In this document: positions 18,932-30,600 of the stretch, piece by piece
Position numbering within the stretch: the stretch's first letter is position 1
How the letters are laid out: each line of letters starts with the position of its first letter
Origin: a virus
IMG/VR virus record: IMGVR_UViG_3300010883_000015
Span: 1 to 64,000 of that record
DNA: 64,000 nucleotides
Strand: one strand, 5' to 3'
Notes under the pieces: generated by a model
What the model saw: only the letters and a program-made list of their open reading frames with translations
The model's database searches: none
What the model was told of the DNA's origin: nothing
Translations under genes and position numbers: made by a program

Positions 18932-21793
18932 ATGTATAGTCACGCAATAGTTATTCCCACATGTGGAAATTATGAAACATTAACAGCAGGATTGCCCCGC
19001 TTTTTTGAGCACGCGAGCAAAGAAGTAATTATAATTTTAAGCATTAATCCAGTTATAAAAGTAGAAGCAGAAAGAGCATTAAAGATGATTACTGCTTTTT
19101 ATGATGGGATTGATGGAGATAAGCCAGCATTTGACCATATATGGTCTGATAAAGCTATCGGTTTTGGTAATGCTGTAAATAAAGGAATTGACTATCTAAG
19201 GGAAAAGTATGGCATTACTGAATTTATAACCATAGCAAATGATGATTTATTGGTTACGGAAGATTGGCTTACTAATCTTGAATTAGCTTTTAGTGCCAAA
19301 GAAATTGTGACAGTATCAACGCTTACTAATTCACAAAATAACCCTAAAAGAGATATTTCTTTTTTGAATGGTAAAATTGGAATGACAGGACCTACCAGTA
19401 ATGGTGTTTTTAATGATCAACGGGCTTATAATGCTGATTTACTTAATAAGGAAGGATTAGATCGTTATGCGAAATCAGTCTCAATAACAAATTCAGGTCA
19501 TTACATTCCGACCTCTTTTCTTAGTGGTTTCTGCATTACATTCACTAAGGAATGCTTAGAAGATCTTTGTGATGAATCATTTAATTATAATGGAATTTTT
19601 GATACGAGATTTAAAGTTGGTGGTTTTGAAGATGACGACCTAGCACATAGGGCATTAATAAAGGGGTGGAGACAGGTTATATCTGTTGCTGTTTTTGTTG
19701 GTCATGCAGTATCCAGTACCCTGAACCTTTACTTTGAAGGACAGAGGGGTGGTGTTGCCAATTGGGTTGATTATCTTTTAAAGTGGGAAGATTACACCCA
19801 GAAGGAACCTAAAATTATTGGAGCATATAGGGTTTCATTAAAGTGCGTTAATGATTTAAATCAATTACGCGCATCCTTAGTAAGAGCGGGAGATGTTCTG
19901 GATGGGGTTGGATTTGTTTTAACAAATAACCCAAAAGAAATAGTCGGTTCTTTTGATAATATGTTTATAAGTCATCTACCACCAGACGATCAGGCTTTTT
20001 TGGAAAAATGTAAATTACTTCCAGACGATATTAAAGAATGTTCTAATGAATTAAATGAATTGCTTAATGAATGGTTAACCAATTTATTAAGTAATACTGA
20101 AAGAGATATGGATGTAGCTTGTAAGGTTTGGACAGAAGTATTTAATGAGAGAGATGAAAGAAATCTAACTCATGAACTTTCAGAAAGTTTAAACTCAGAT
20201 TGGATAATTTCTATTGATGCTGATGAAATATTTGAAGATCGGCTTACTAGAAAACATCTGGTTCGTATTGTTACGAATCCAAATCCTTCTAGATTTTGTT
20301 ATAATGTAGGATTCTTAAATCATTGGGAATCAATGAAACTTCTTCGCCAAGATAGCAATTACGGTCAGCAAACAGGAGCTAGATTATGGAGATCTTTTCC
20401 TTCTAATCCAAGGATTGTTGGGGGTAATGAAGTCGGGTTCCATTGTGGAAACTCACCAGAACAAGGGAATTACTGTAGAAGAATTAGCGGGATAAGGATG
20501 AGGCATTTATCACACGTCCGACAGATAGACCGACATAATAAATATGAATTTTACAGCAAAACAGATACCGATAAACAGGTAGCTATGATAGGTGCCCAAA
20601 CTTATCAGCACATTGTAAAGTCAGATAATGTTGTTGTTAGTTTGTATAATCCAAATAATGGAATTGCATTTTTCATGCTTTGTTATGAGCAAGAAGATTG
20701 GATTAATATCACAAGATGGTTGGATCAAGTCTATTCCGTTGCTGATAAATTAGTTCTAACATGGACGGGTGAGTGGGATCTTAAAGATAGGGCATGGATT
20801 GAAAACATGGGATCGATAAAAGATTTGTCTGAAAAAGATTTCAATGAATTGTATAAGACTGGCCCTCGGTGGCACCTTGCTCAGGTTTCCAGACTTTTTA
20901 AAGTTGAATGGGTTTATAGTAAATTTGATTATGAAAAAGGTTTAGCGGAGTGTAGGAATTCTGCAATAAATCATATTCATGATACCAATGATGGAACATT
21001 GGGGTGGTGTTGGTTTATGGATCCAGATGAAACCGCACAAGATATAGGAGTTATGTCTGGTTCAGCCCTAACGATAGCTCAAACCAGCGATAATATTGGT
21101 TATATGTTTAAATTTCTTAATCCAACAGGGGATTCTGAGCGACCTGCAAATAGTGAAAGTATACGGTTGTTTAAATTAGACCCCAATCGTAGCTTGCAAA
21201 TGGAAGGAAGAGTTCACGAAAGTTTTGAGGCATCTCTTAAGAAAATCAGAACAGAGAATTATATACCTAATATAGATTATTTCCCCGGTATTTTTATTAA
21301 TAGTGGCTTGTCACAAAGTCCTGAGCGAATGGCTGAAAAACTATTGAAGTATCGAGATCTTCTGGTTGTTCAATTAAAAGATGACATGTATGATACGGGT
21401 GCTTGGGTTTCTCTTGGGTTACAATATTTGAATGATGACGATATTGATAATGCTGAACATTGTTATGATAACGCCCTTAAATGTGCAGGTGGTGCTTACT
21501 TACCATTTAAAGAATATGGAATTCATTGCTTAAGAAAGGCTGTTGTCCTTCTTCAGGAAAGCCATAGAAGAAGTAATTCTTCTGTTGATTTTCATAAATT
21601 AAGTGAAGAAATGATCTCTACCTTGATAGGTTGGGATTTGTCCATGCCGATTGTAAATACAGGTGGTATATCTATAAGTGATACAACAATAATGCCTGAA
21701 TTTATTGACCCCTCCAAAGCAGTAGAGAATCAAAGCAACCCTTCCGAAGAGGCTATTAATGAAATTATCCCTGAAGGTGTTAAAGGGTCCTAA
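18932..21793 (+). CDS. multidomain glycosyltransferase: three GT2/GT-A domains plus C-terminal TPR
   Basis: domain 1 VIPT, GFGNAVNKG, NDD, GFEDDDL; domain 2 WIISIDADE; domain 3 CRNSAI..WFMDPDE..GRVHE; TPR-like AWVSLGLQY..AEHCYDNAL. Confidence 0.8.
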   Translation: MYSHAIVIPTCGNYETLTAGLPRFFEHASKEVIIILSINPVIKVEAERALKMITAFYDGIDGDKPAFDHIWSDKAIGFGNAVNKGIDYLREKYGITEFITIANDDLLVTEDWLTNLELAFSAKEIVTVSTLTNSQNNPKRDISFLNGKIGMTGPTSNGVFNDQRAYNADLLNKEGLDRYAKSVSITNSGHYIPTSFLSGFCITFTKECLEDLCDESFNYNGIFDTRFKVGGFEDDDLAHRALIKGWRQVISVAVFVGHAVSSTLNLYFEGQRGGVANWVDYLLKWEDYTQKEPKIIGAYRVSLKCVNDLNQLRASLVRAGDVLDGVGFVLTNNPKEIVGSFDNMFISHLPPDDQAFLEKCKLLPDDIKECSNELNELLNEWLTNLLSNTERDMDVACKVWTEVFNERDERNLTHELSESLNSDWIISIDADEIFEDRLTRKHLVRIVTNPNPSRFCYNVGFLNHWESMKLLRQDSNYGQQTGARLWRSFPSNPRIVGGNEVGFHCGNSPEQGNYCRRISGIRMRHLSHVRQIDRHNKYEFYSKTDTDKQVAMIGAQTYQHIVKSDNVVVSLYNPNNGIAFFMLCYEQEDWINITRWLDQVYSVADKLVLTWTGEWDLKDRAWIENMGSIKDLSEKDFNELYKTGPRWHLAQVSRLFKVEWVYSKFDYEKGLAECRNSAINHIHDTNDGTLGWCWFMDPDETAQDIGVMSGSALTIAQTSDNIGYMFKFLNPTGDSERPANSESIRLFKLDPNRSLQMEGRVHESFEASLKKIRTENYIPNIDYFPGIFINSGLSQSPERMAEKLLKYRDLLVVQLKDDMYDTGAWVSLGLQYLNDDDIDNAEHCYDNALKCAGGAYLPFKEYGIHCLRKAVVLLQESHRRSNSSVDFHKLSEEMISTLIGWDLSMPIVNTGGISISDTTIMPEFIDPSKAVENQSNPSEEAINEIIPEGVKGS

Positions 21794-22238
21794 CTTTACA
21801 AACATTAGTAAATCTTTAAAAAAAAGGATGAAGAGAACCAAGAAAGATATTGGTGAAGATATTGCAGATTATATTTTCAGATCAATAATTAAAAATGTTA
21901 GTAGAAAAGATTTTACATTAGAACAATTAAAGCAAATGGGGTATCCTTACTCTAAGAGAGGAACGGGTACTTTACCTAGTAGCATAGCTCCATATATGGT
22001 TCATTCTAGAAGTGGGGAGTTTAGAAAAACATTTACAATGAACAGGCAAGGGACAAACCAGTATCAAGATCAATTTAATATTAAATTTGTACCAAAACAA
22101 AAGTATCATAAAGATATATTTAAAGGTACAGAAAAAATGGTTAGCAGAGATCCAATTGGTGGGACTTTATCAGAGCATCAAGTACAGAAAAAGATTAAAC
22201 AAGCAATAAGAAATAAAATGAAAATGAACTTTGGTTAA
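21759..22238 (+). CDS. neck protein (HK97 gp10-like)
   Basis: basic protein with RSGEFRK..GTEKMVSRD; position between head closure and tail terminator. Confidence 0.6.
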   Translation: MKLSLKVLKGPNFTNISKSLKKRMKRTKKDIGEDIADYIFRSIIKNVSRKDFTLEQLKQMGYPYSKRGTGTLPSSIAPYMVHSRSGEFRKTFTMNRQGTNQYQDQFNIKFVPKQKYHKDIFKGTEKMVSRDPIGGTLSEHQVQKKIKQAIRNKMKMNFG

Positions 22239-22240
22239 AA

Positions 22241-22651
22241 ATGCCTAATACTCAAAACATATTAACTTTAATAAGAAATAAATTACTAGGCGTGGCCTCT
22301 GTTACGGATGAGGTCGAAGATCGCGTACACACTTCACATTTTTATGATCTAGACAATGCCAGCATTGTTTATCCTATGATTATCTTAAATCCAGTAGGTG
22401 GATTTTCTTCTTATAGTAAATCATGGGCAAAAACAGAATTGCATATATATGTATATAGTCAATATAATTTAGATCAATGTTTAAGAATATATCAACTTGT
22501 ATATAATTCGTTACAGGCAGAAGGGTTAAGTAACACCAATATAAGCGATAAGGGTTATCTAAGAGAGACTGCTAGGCCGACAAATGGATACAATGACCAA
22601 ACAAGATCTTATTATTTAAGAGCTACTTATCAAATATATACAGCAGGCTAA
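22241..22651 (+). CDS. tail terminator/completion protein
   Basis: 136 aa; IRNKLL..V..RVH, YPMIIL, IYVYS; canonical position. Confidence 0.7.
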   Translation: MPNTQNILTLIRNKLLGVASVTDEVEDRVHTSHFYDLDNASIVYPMIILNPVGGFSSYSKSWAKTELHIYVYSQYNLDQCLRIYQLVYNSLQAEGLSNTNISDKGYLRETARPTNGYNDQTRSYYLRATYQIYTAG

Positions 22652-22654
22652 ACC

Positions 22655-23002
22655 ATGACGAATAAAGGTTACGAACCAAAAAATAAAAATTCTCAACAAG
22701 ATCTTGATAAGAAGATCCAAAAAATAGAAAGGCATATAAAGGCTTTAGAGGATGAGGTTAATCAACTTTCTTCCGTAAAAGAAACCTTTGAAACAACCCT
22801 GATTAAGCCTATCGATAAATTGTGGAATTGTGTTAAGTGCGGTAGTAGGCTTGGAATATACGATATAAAGACTGATGAATTGCGTGTTAGGTATCGAGAT
22901 TTTTATGCTTGGTGGAAAGCGGGTATTGGTGGATATTTAAAAATAGTGTGTAGATCTTGCTCTCATTTAAATGAGATAAAATATGAAGAAGGTAAAAGTT
23001 GA
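22655..23002 (+). CDS. coiled-coil plus Com-like zinc-ribbon protein
   Basis: WNCVKCGSRLG...IVCRSCSHLN. Confidence 0.6.
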   Translation: MTNKGYEPKNKNSQQDLDKKIQKIERHIKALEDEVNQLSSVKETFETTLIKPIDKLWNCVKCGSRLGIYDIKTDELRVRYRDFYAWWKAGIGGYLKIVCRSCSHLNEIKYEEGKS

Positions 23003-23106
23003 ACTATCTTAAAATAAAGTGATTCATGATATGTTAAACTAGAGTAGACAAAAAAATAATTTACTTATAATTAAATTGATCTATATCGCATTAATAGGAG
23101 AATGAA

Positions 23107-23724
23107 ATGCCTTTAAATATACCTACGGGTAGCAATAATAATATTAGTTTTGGACCCGCCCGAATCCTTATGGACCCTTGGAGTTCTGCTGTTGGCTCAA
23201 CACCGACAACTGACGTTGGTTTTATTGGAGAGGATGGTCTGACCATAGAACTTTCTTCTGAAAAGAAAGATATTACACAGGGAAATCCTCAGCTTATCCA
23301 ATACAGTTTCGTTACTGCACAGTCTGCAACAATTAATTTTACATCTATTGAGTGGAATTTTGAAAACTTTAGACTTGCTCTTGGTGCTGGTGCAACATCT
23401 ATTGGTAATGTTGCCAAGCCTCCTTCTGGTGGAGCAGCAACCACTGTTGCTACATTTAACTTTGGTGGAAATCCTTTGAACACTTATGTTGCTCTTCAAG
23501 TTCAGCATAGAATGGCTCAAAGTGCAGGAACACTATATGCTTATATTTGGAAAGCCCAATCAGAATCAGGTTTCTCTCTTCCGTTTGGAACAGATGAGCA
23601 CACTTTTGAATTCAGTTTCAAGGCACTTGCTGCTACGAAAAACTGGAACGGTGTAACTTTACCTTTTGATCAGTGTTTGATGAAACTAGAAAGAGAATAT
23701 AGTAGGACTCAAATTCTTACTTAG
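23107..23724 (+). CDS. major tail tube protein
   Basis: 205 aa; ISFGPARI, DVGFIGEDGLTIE; precedes chaperones and tape measure. Confidence 0.8.
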   Translation: MPLNIPTGSNNNISFGPARILMDPWSSAVGSTPTTDVGFIGEDGLTIELSSEKKDITQGNPQLIQYSFVTAQSATINFTSIEWNFENFRLALGAGATSIGNVAKPPSGGAATTVATFNFGGNPLNTYVALQVQHRMAQSAGTLYAYIWKAQSESGFSLPFGTDEHTFEFSFKALAATKNWNGVTLPFDQCLMKLEREYSRTQILT

Positions 23725-23775
23725 AAGTTTAAATAATTTACCTTGACATTAAATGAGCGAGACTCAGGAGAAAAT

Positions 23776-24306
23776 ATGTCTGATGTACTAGAAAAAGAAA
23801 AAGCAGTTGAAGCGGTTGAAGAAACTATTGATATTGCCGAAGCCTCTCAGAACATAACAGATGCAGTAACAAGTTTACTTGAAACACTAGTTCCACCAAA
23901 GGACATTCAAATCGTGGATGTTTTTGGAAACGAGTATGAATTGCCAACTTCTGTATCTGCTAGAAAACAAATTAAGATACTTCGAGAGTTTGAAAAACTT
24001 AAGGATATACCCGCTGAAAAGTTCTCAATAAAAGATGGAACTCCAGCGGGTATTGTTTCTATGATTGTTGATATAGCAATGAATGAAATAGTATTTGATG
24101 TTATTTGTAAATGTTTTTACACAGCGCACACGCTCACAGTTTTAAAAGCTAAAACTGTTGCAGATGAAGAGGGCGTGGAAGTAGAAAAAGACCATTTAGG
24201 GGTAGGAGACTTGTTTCCTATTGAAGAGATAGTTTCAGGTATTGTCCCTTTATTTATACGGTTGGCTCGAAGGACAGGAAGCGCACTAGCGGTTCTGTCG
24301 AAATAA
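23776..24306 (+). CDS. tail assembly chaperone (G)
   Basis: ATG 23776 after AGGAG; lies between tail tube and tape measure; contains slippery heptamer. Confidence 0.75.
   Translation: MSDVLEKEKAVEAVEETIDIAEASQNITDAVTSLLETLVPPKDIQIVDVFGNEYELPTSVSARKQIKILREFEKLKDIPAEKFSIKDGTPAGIVSMIVDIAMNEIVFDVICKCFYTAHTLTVLKAKTVADEEGVEVEKDHLGVGDLFPIEEIVSGIVPLFIRLARRTGSALAVLSK
24246..24252 (+). other. programmed -1 ribosomal frameshift site C CCT TTA
   Basis: X XXY YYZ heptamer in the chaperone frame; the -1 frame is open from 24225 to 24668. Confidence 0.75.
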
Positions 24307-24668
24307 GTAAAAATACTTCGCAGTCAGCCGACGAGGTCATAGATTCCATTGAAAATTTAATGGGTATCTTATTGTCTTCTGGGCTTTCTTTAGATAAAAT
24401 TTTAGAAATGTCATGGGATCAAATTCACTTCACAGCAATGTGTATCCAAAAACATAAAGTAAGTATGATTGAAATGGTAATGACTCCCATTGCCGAAGGA
24501 TTAGGAGGTAAAAGCTCTAAGAAATCTAAAAAGATGACGAAGAAGATGCAAGACCAAGTAAATAATATGACTCCAGAACAAAAAGTAGAAAGAGATTTAC
24601 ATAGACAACACAGGTTACATCAACAACTTCATCTTGCAGGTATTAGAGTGCACGATAAACCCAGATAA
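24252..24668 (+). CDS. tail assembly chaperone frameshift extension (GT)
   Basis: open -1 frame containing the 24360-24668 ORF (ILEMSWDQI), whose ATG lacks a good RBS. Confidence 0.7.
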   Translation: MYTVGSKDRKRTSGSVEISKNTSQSADEVIDSIENLMGILLSSGLSLDKILEMSWDQIHFTAMCIQKHKVSMIEMVMTPIAEGLGGKSSKKSKKMTKKMQDQVNNMTPEQKVERDLHRQHRLHQQLHLAGIRVHDKPR

Positions 24669-24684
24669 AATTTGAGAGACTAAA

Positions 24685-27600
24685 ATGGCAGAACGCACAT
24701 GGAAAGAACAAGTAATTGTTCAGATTATGGGAAAAGATGCAGGTTATAACAAACTTGTATCTGATGCAACCAGAAGAACAGATCGATTTGGTAAGTCTCT
24801 TGAAATACTCAGTACACGGGTAACCAATCAATTTACAAAAGGATTGGCGAACATGGCAACTGCCGTGTCTGCTTTTTCTAAAGATATGGTTGTGGCTGGA
24901 GCAAATTTTGAGCAAGCGATAACTACACTTAGCGCAATAAAACCGTCAACAAGTAGTTCGGCCTTAGCAGGCCTTTCTGATGAGGCAAGAAAGTTAGGTG
25001 CCACGACTGCATATACTGCTACTGAGGCAGCAGAGGGTATGCAACAATTGGCTCGTGCGGGATTTGAAGCAAATCAAGTTCTAGCAATGACTGGCCCTGC
25101 ATTATATTTCGCAGGAGCGAATGCAATAACAATGGATATGTCAACGAAATTGTTGGCATCCTCTTTAAAGCAGTTTAATCTTGTTGCTTCTGATTCCAAT
25201 AATGTTCTGGATGTTTTTACTGTTGCAACACAGAATTCATTGTTTGATGTAGAATCCTTAGCGGTAGCTATGCGATATGGTGGTTCAGTTGGTGCTTCTC
25301 TTGGTAGGTCCCTTGAAGAAACTGTTGCGGTTATGTCGTCATTTAGAGATTTGGGCCTTGAAGGTTCGATGGTGGGTACTCGCTTTAGGCAAGCGATGCT
25401 TTCATTAATTAATCCTACCGCAGGTGCTAAAAAGATAATAAAAGATTTAGGATTAACCTTAGAAGATGTCAACCCTTCTATTGTTGGCGCAACTGAGGCA
25501 ATCAGAAATCTTGGAAAGGCGGGAGCCACAAGCCCAGATGCACTAGCGCCTATTGTTTCTAAAAGGGCAGCAGGTAGTGTTTCAAAACTAGCAAAAGATT
25601 TGGCAGAAGCATTAAGCATTGATGAATTAGAAATGTACTTTTCAAAATTAGGAAAAGATTTATCACTTCAAACTGTTGAAGATATTGCAAACGCAGAAAA
25701 GCAAATAGGGAAATCTCTTCACCAAATAGATCTAATGCAGATGAAGTTTCAGAGATCTGCTGGGATAACTGCGCGAACCTATGAGACAATGATCTCAACG
25801 GTAGAAGGTCAGTATAAGATATTGACCTCTGCTATTCAAGAATTGCAAATTACAACATTTAAAGCCTTTAATACAGATGTTTTCAGGGGAACAAAAAAAG
25901 AAATAGAAGAAATTGGAAAAACATTTAGCGGTACAATACCTGAAATTAATAGTTTTTCTTCTATACTTGAAGATTTAAAGAAAGTTGTTGATGACGTAAC
26001 AACCGTTATTTCTTTTCAGGGTATTGAAACAACATTATTCTTCACTGAAATGACCGATAAGATCAAAGAATTAGTTGATACATTTGGAACCACGGAAAGT
26101 ATAACTATTCATTTTATAGAAATGAGTAAAGCAATTGTCTCTGCTTCTCTAAATGTTGCTTTATTTTTAAATAATTTCAGATTTTTAATTGATCTAGCAC
26201 AGACATTTGTTGCTATAAAACTTGGGTTTATGTTTAAGAATATTGCCGAGTATATGCTAAGAAGTGCTGGAGCGATGACCGTGACTGCTGGTGCCATGGT
26301 AAACCTTACAGGGGTGCAGGGTGCACTAAATGTAGCTTCTAAGGGTGATATAGCAATAAAGAATATACAGCGAACCCTAATGATCCAAATGCTGGAATTG
26401 ATGATCGTTCAGACCCAAGCATTTGTTGCGTTAACAGCAGGGCAAAGTAGGGCAACAGTAGCAACTAAAACAAATACCGCAGCATTAACTACGCAAATCA
26501 TGGCAATGAAGGCTAGTGTTGGTCTTTTAAAAAAGCAGATAATAAGCGCAGGAGCAGCAAGTGCCACTATACCGGTCGCGACTGTATCGATGGGGCTTCT
26601 AGGTAGGGCGACACTGAAAGCAGCCGGGTTCTTTCGTGCGCTTGCGGGTGCTTTATCAGGCCCAATAGGACTTCTTTTTATATTTGCACCCTTATTAATG
26701 GATATATTTTCAGGCTGGAGCGACATTGCAGATGAAGTAGAGGCTACCACCTCAAAAGTTAATTCATTACGCCTATCACAAGAGGCATATAATAAATCAT
26801 TAGCTACCTCTGCTGGCGGGGATAAAGTTGATCAACAAGATGGGATAAATGCATTAAAGCAACAATTAAGAGATAGAGAAGAATATACCTCAGTTATTAG
26901 AAATGAACTAAATTTAGTAAAAGATCTTACTGATAAAAAACGACAAGAACTTCTATTAGAGGGAAAATTATTTAAAGTTCAATATGGTAAGGAAAATATT
27001 TTATTATCGGCTAATGCTGCTCAGGCATTAAGGAATACTTATTTAGAAAAAGAGCATGGGATTCTGGCTCAACAAGAAAAAATTGCTGAAAGTATGACCG
27101 CTAATGCAGATGCTTTAAATAAAAAAGTTAAAGATGGAGCATCAGGATTCACATCATTAATATTACACCAAAAAGAACTTAATAAAGAGTCTGGATGGTT
27201 TGGGAATTCATGGAAATTAAGCCTAACTGATTTAAATGATTTTAATAATATATTAAAAGAAACATCAGCATCCATGGGTTCAGTGCTTGTTGCAGGAGAA
27301 AAGCATAGCAACTTAATGTCGGCTATTGCTAGCAAAGGTTTAAATGTTTATAGTGCTAGTGATTATTCTGAGATAGTAAAATTATCTACTGAAGTTTATG
27401 AAACACTTGAGTCTCAAGCTAAAGCCACATCTAATCAAGCCAATGTAATGGGGAACGCCCTTACTGATGCAATAGATAGAGTTACAAATGCTGGACAGAA
27501 AAGAATAGAGTCGAATAAACGTATAGGGAAAAGCAACAATGATCTAAATAAAGCAATTGAATCAAGGTTAAAGTTAGAAGAAAAGCTTAGGAAAGCCCTA

Positions 27601-30600
27601 GAAAAAGCAAAAGCAGTAAGAACACAAGAAACACTTGCTATTGAATATAAATATAGAATTAAAGAACTTCAAAAAGTTTATGAAAAAGAATTAGCACTTC
27701 TTAAAAATAATTTAGAGAAAAAGAGGGCGCTTGAAGCACGTTATGCAAACTCTGTAAGGATGGTTCAGGATACTTATGAACAGAAATACTTGGCTGGTCA
27801 TGACAAGATGCGAGAGCGGATTCTACAAGATATTGAAGAGAGTTCAAAAAGTGAAATAGGGCTTTTAAAGTCAAGTCATAAGGAAGAAATCGACGAAATA
27901 AAAGATAAATTTAAAGATGAAGAAAACCTGATAAAACAACAATTAGGCATTAGAGATGATAACTCAGCATTGTCTGCTGATATCATAAATAAACATTTAG
28001 ATAATGAATATGACATAACAATAGAGTCTTTTGATAAAAAAGCCAAGGCTCAGTACAGTGCAAATAGTGAATATGTAAAGAATAGTATAGGTGATAATGC
28101 CTCACAAGAGAAAAGACTAGAATTATATGAATCAGATTTAGCTAAAATTACAGAAGAAGCAAACACAAAGAGGGAGGCCCAGAAAGACAAATCACTCAAT
28201 AGATTGGCTACTTTAACTACTAACCATCAATCGCTGCTGGTCTTAGCCGAGAAGAAGAACAGCGCAGAAGTTTTAAAGGCTACTGGCGAGTTGCAAGATG
28301 AATTATTTAAGAATGATATCGAGAGCATGGAGTCAAGGCTAGGTGTGTCTCTTCCTGTTTTAAATTTAATAGTTGAAGAAGAAGCATATAAAAAATATCT
28401 TAAAAAATTAGAAGATAGTGGTGATATCTCTGCGAATAGAAGGGGACAATTAGAGCAACTATATACACAAAAAATATTAAATCTCAGGAAAAGTGTTCTT
28501 GACCAATCTCTAGGTTTTGATTCTAATTATCTGAAATCTCACAAAGAAGATATTGCAACTCTTCTCAATGAAGAAAACGCAATGTTTAATAATTCGCTAA
28601 ATCTTACTGAGGATTTATCGAACAATAGATTACTGAAAATGCTTGGCTATTCTAAGGAAGAAATAAAATTACTTGTTTCTAGAACGCAGATAGCAAAGAC
28701 CATATCAATAGAAGAATTAAAAATAAAGAAAGAGACTGCGCTAAAGCTTCTTGCATTAGATAAATGGTACAACGGAGAAGCACAAGCAGTAGCTCGTCAG
28801 GCTGAGGTAGATAAAAGAGAAGAAGTTAAAGCTAATATGACTACTCTTTATGAGTCCAGAAGACGTGCAATTGCAGAAGGAGAAAAGGAAGAAATAGAGG
28901 AACTTTCAAAATATAACGATGAGAAGATTTTAGAAAATAAGAGATATTTTAAAATATTAAGCAATATATTCTCACAAACACTTCTAGCAACCCGGTCTTC
29001 TTTAAATAAAATAGCAAAAATAGTCGGTGGTGCAACTATTGCATTAGGCGCTCTGTTTTCATTACTATCAGGAGAAAAAAATTCATCTTCAGTGAAGGAA
29101 TTTAAAAAATATTTAGCTGGAATAACTAGGTCATTTAGTGCTTTCGGAGCAAGACTAGAGAAAACAGGGTCAGAAACAAAAGATTTCTTCAAGGGATTAG
29201 GTGACGGAGTAAAAGGTGTTAGCAAAAGTGGAGTTACAAATATAACTACTTTGTTTGCTGGAATAATATCATTATTTAAAGAAGGAGGATTAAAAAAGGG
29301 GTTTTCTTCATTATCAAAAGGATTAGGAGACTTGGGGAAATCCACTAAGGAAAAGGGATCAAAAGGAGACCTGCTTAAGGGATTGGTCGGTGGAGTAAAT
29401 AAAGCCAGTAAGGCGCTAGGAAATGTAGAATTAACTACAGGTGGTGGGCTTGCAGGAATGGCTAGCAATACAAAAGCAATATCAGGTGCGCTTTCTGCAA
29501 TTGGTGGAAAGTTGGGTGCTATCTTGGGTGGAGTTGCTTCTACACTAGGATATGCAGCTATTGGTGTGGTTGTATTAGGCAAGGCATTAGGCAAAATATT
29601 AGGAGTTGTTGGAAAGGCAATTTCAAAAATAGTAGAGTTGAGCAAGCAAGCCTTTGATTATATAACTGGTGGATTTAATCTAAATGTTTTCACTGCAATA
29701 TCAAATATTACTAGTGATATTATATCACAGCAGACCGCTGCTATTGATAAAGCGAAATCAGACTTAGAGTCCTTGGAACAGCAATTATTGGCGAGGAAAA
29801 TAACTAAAGAAGAATATGACGAAGCAAGAGCAGGTGGAATCGGATCGGTAGATGAAGTTGATATTCAGGGTGAAACAGAAACTGCGGTAAATGAACTTTT
29901 TAAACAAGCAGAAATGTTTATGGGTGTGATACTTCAAGTTGCTCCAAGAGTAATGGAGATGTTTGCGGAAAAACTTCCTGCTTTATTTACTATGTTTAAA
30001 AATGCTGCAATAAGTCTTTTAGGCACAATCGAAGCCTACATGCCTAATTTAGTTATAAGTTTTGTTGATTCTATATTCAGAATTGCTCCTTCTATTTTAT
30101 CTGTACTGCAAGAAGTCCTTCCATCTATACTTACATTTGCTACCAATTTAATTGTTAAAGAATTACCTGCTCTTGCAAATATGTTTTACAGCATACTCTT
30201 AACTTTTGGCGATATTATAATATCTTCTTTGCCGGATATTGTAACTGCAATAATAAAGCTTGTTCCTACTGTGACTTCGATAATACAAAATATGTTAAAA
30301 ATATTTGGTGTTGTTGTAAAGGAAGTAATTAAAAATGCTGATGAAATAACTAAAGTGATTACCGATGCGATTGGGCCAATTCTTGCGACACTTGCAGATC
30401 AATTGTTTCCATTACTAGCTAGTCTTCTAAGTGTTTTAGTAAAATGGGCATTATCCTCTGCTACCAATTTGACTAAATTTGCTATCGATCTGATTGTTGG
30501 GTTTATGAACGCCCTGCCTGATATAATCACCAAAGTAATTGATTTACTACCACTAATAATTGAAGAATTAATATTAAGCATTGGGGATATAATAATTGCA

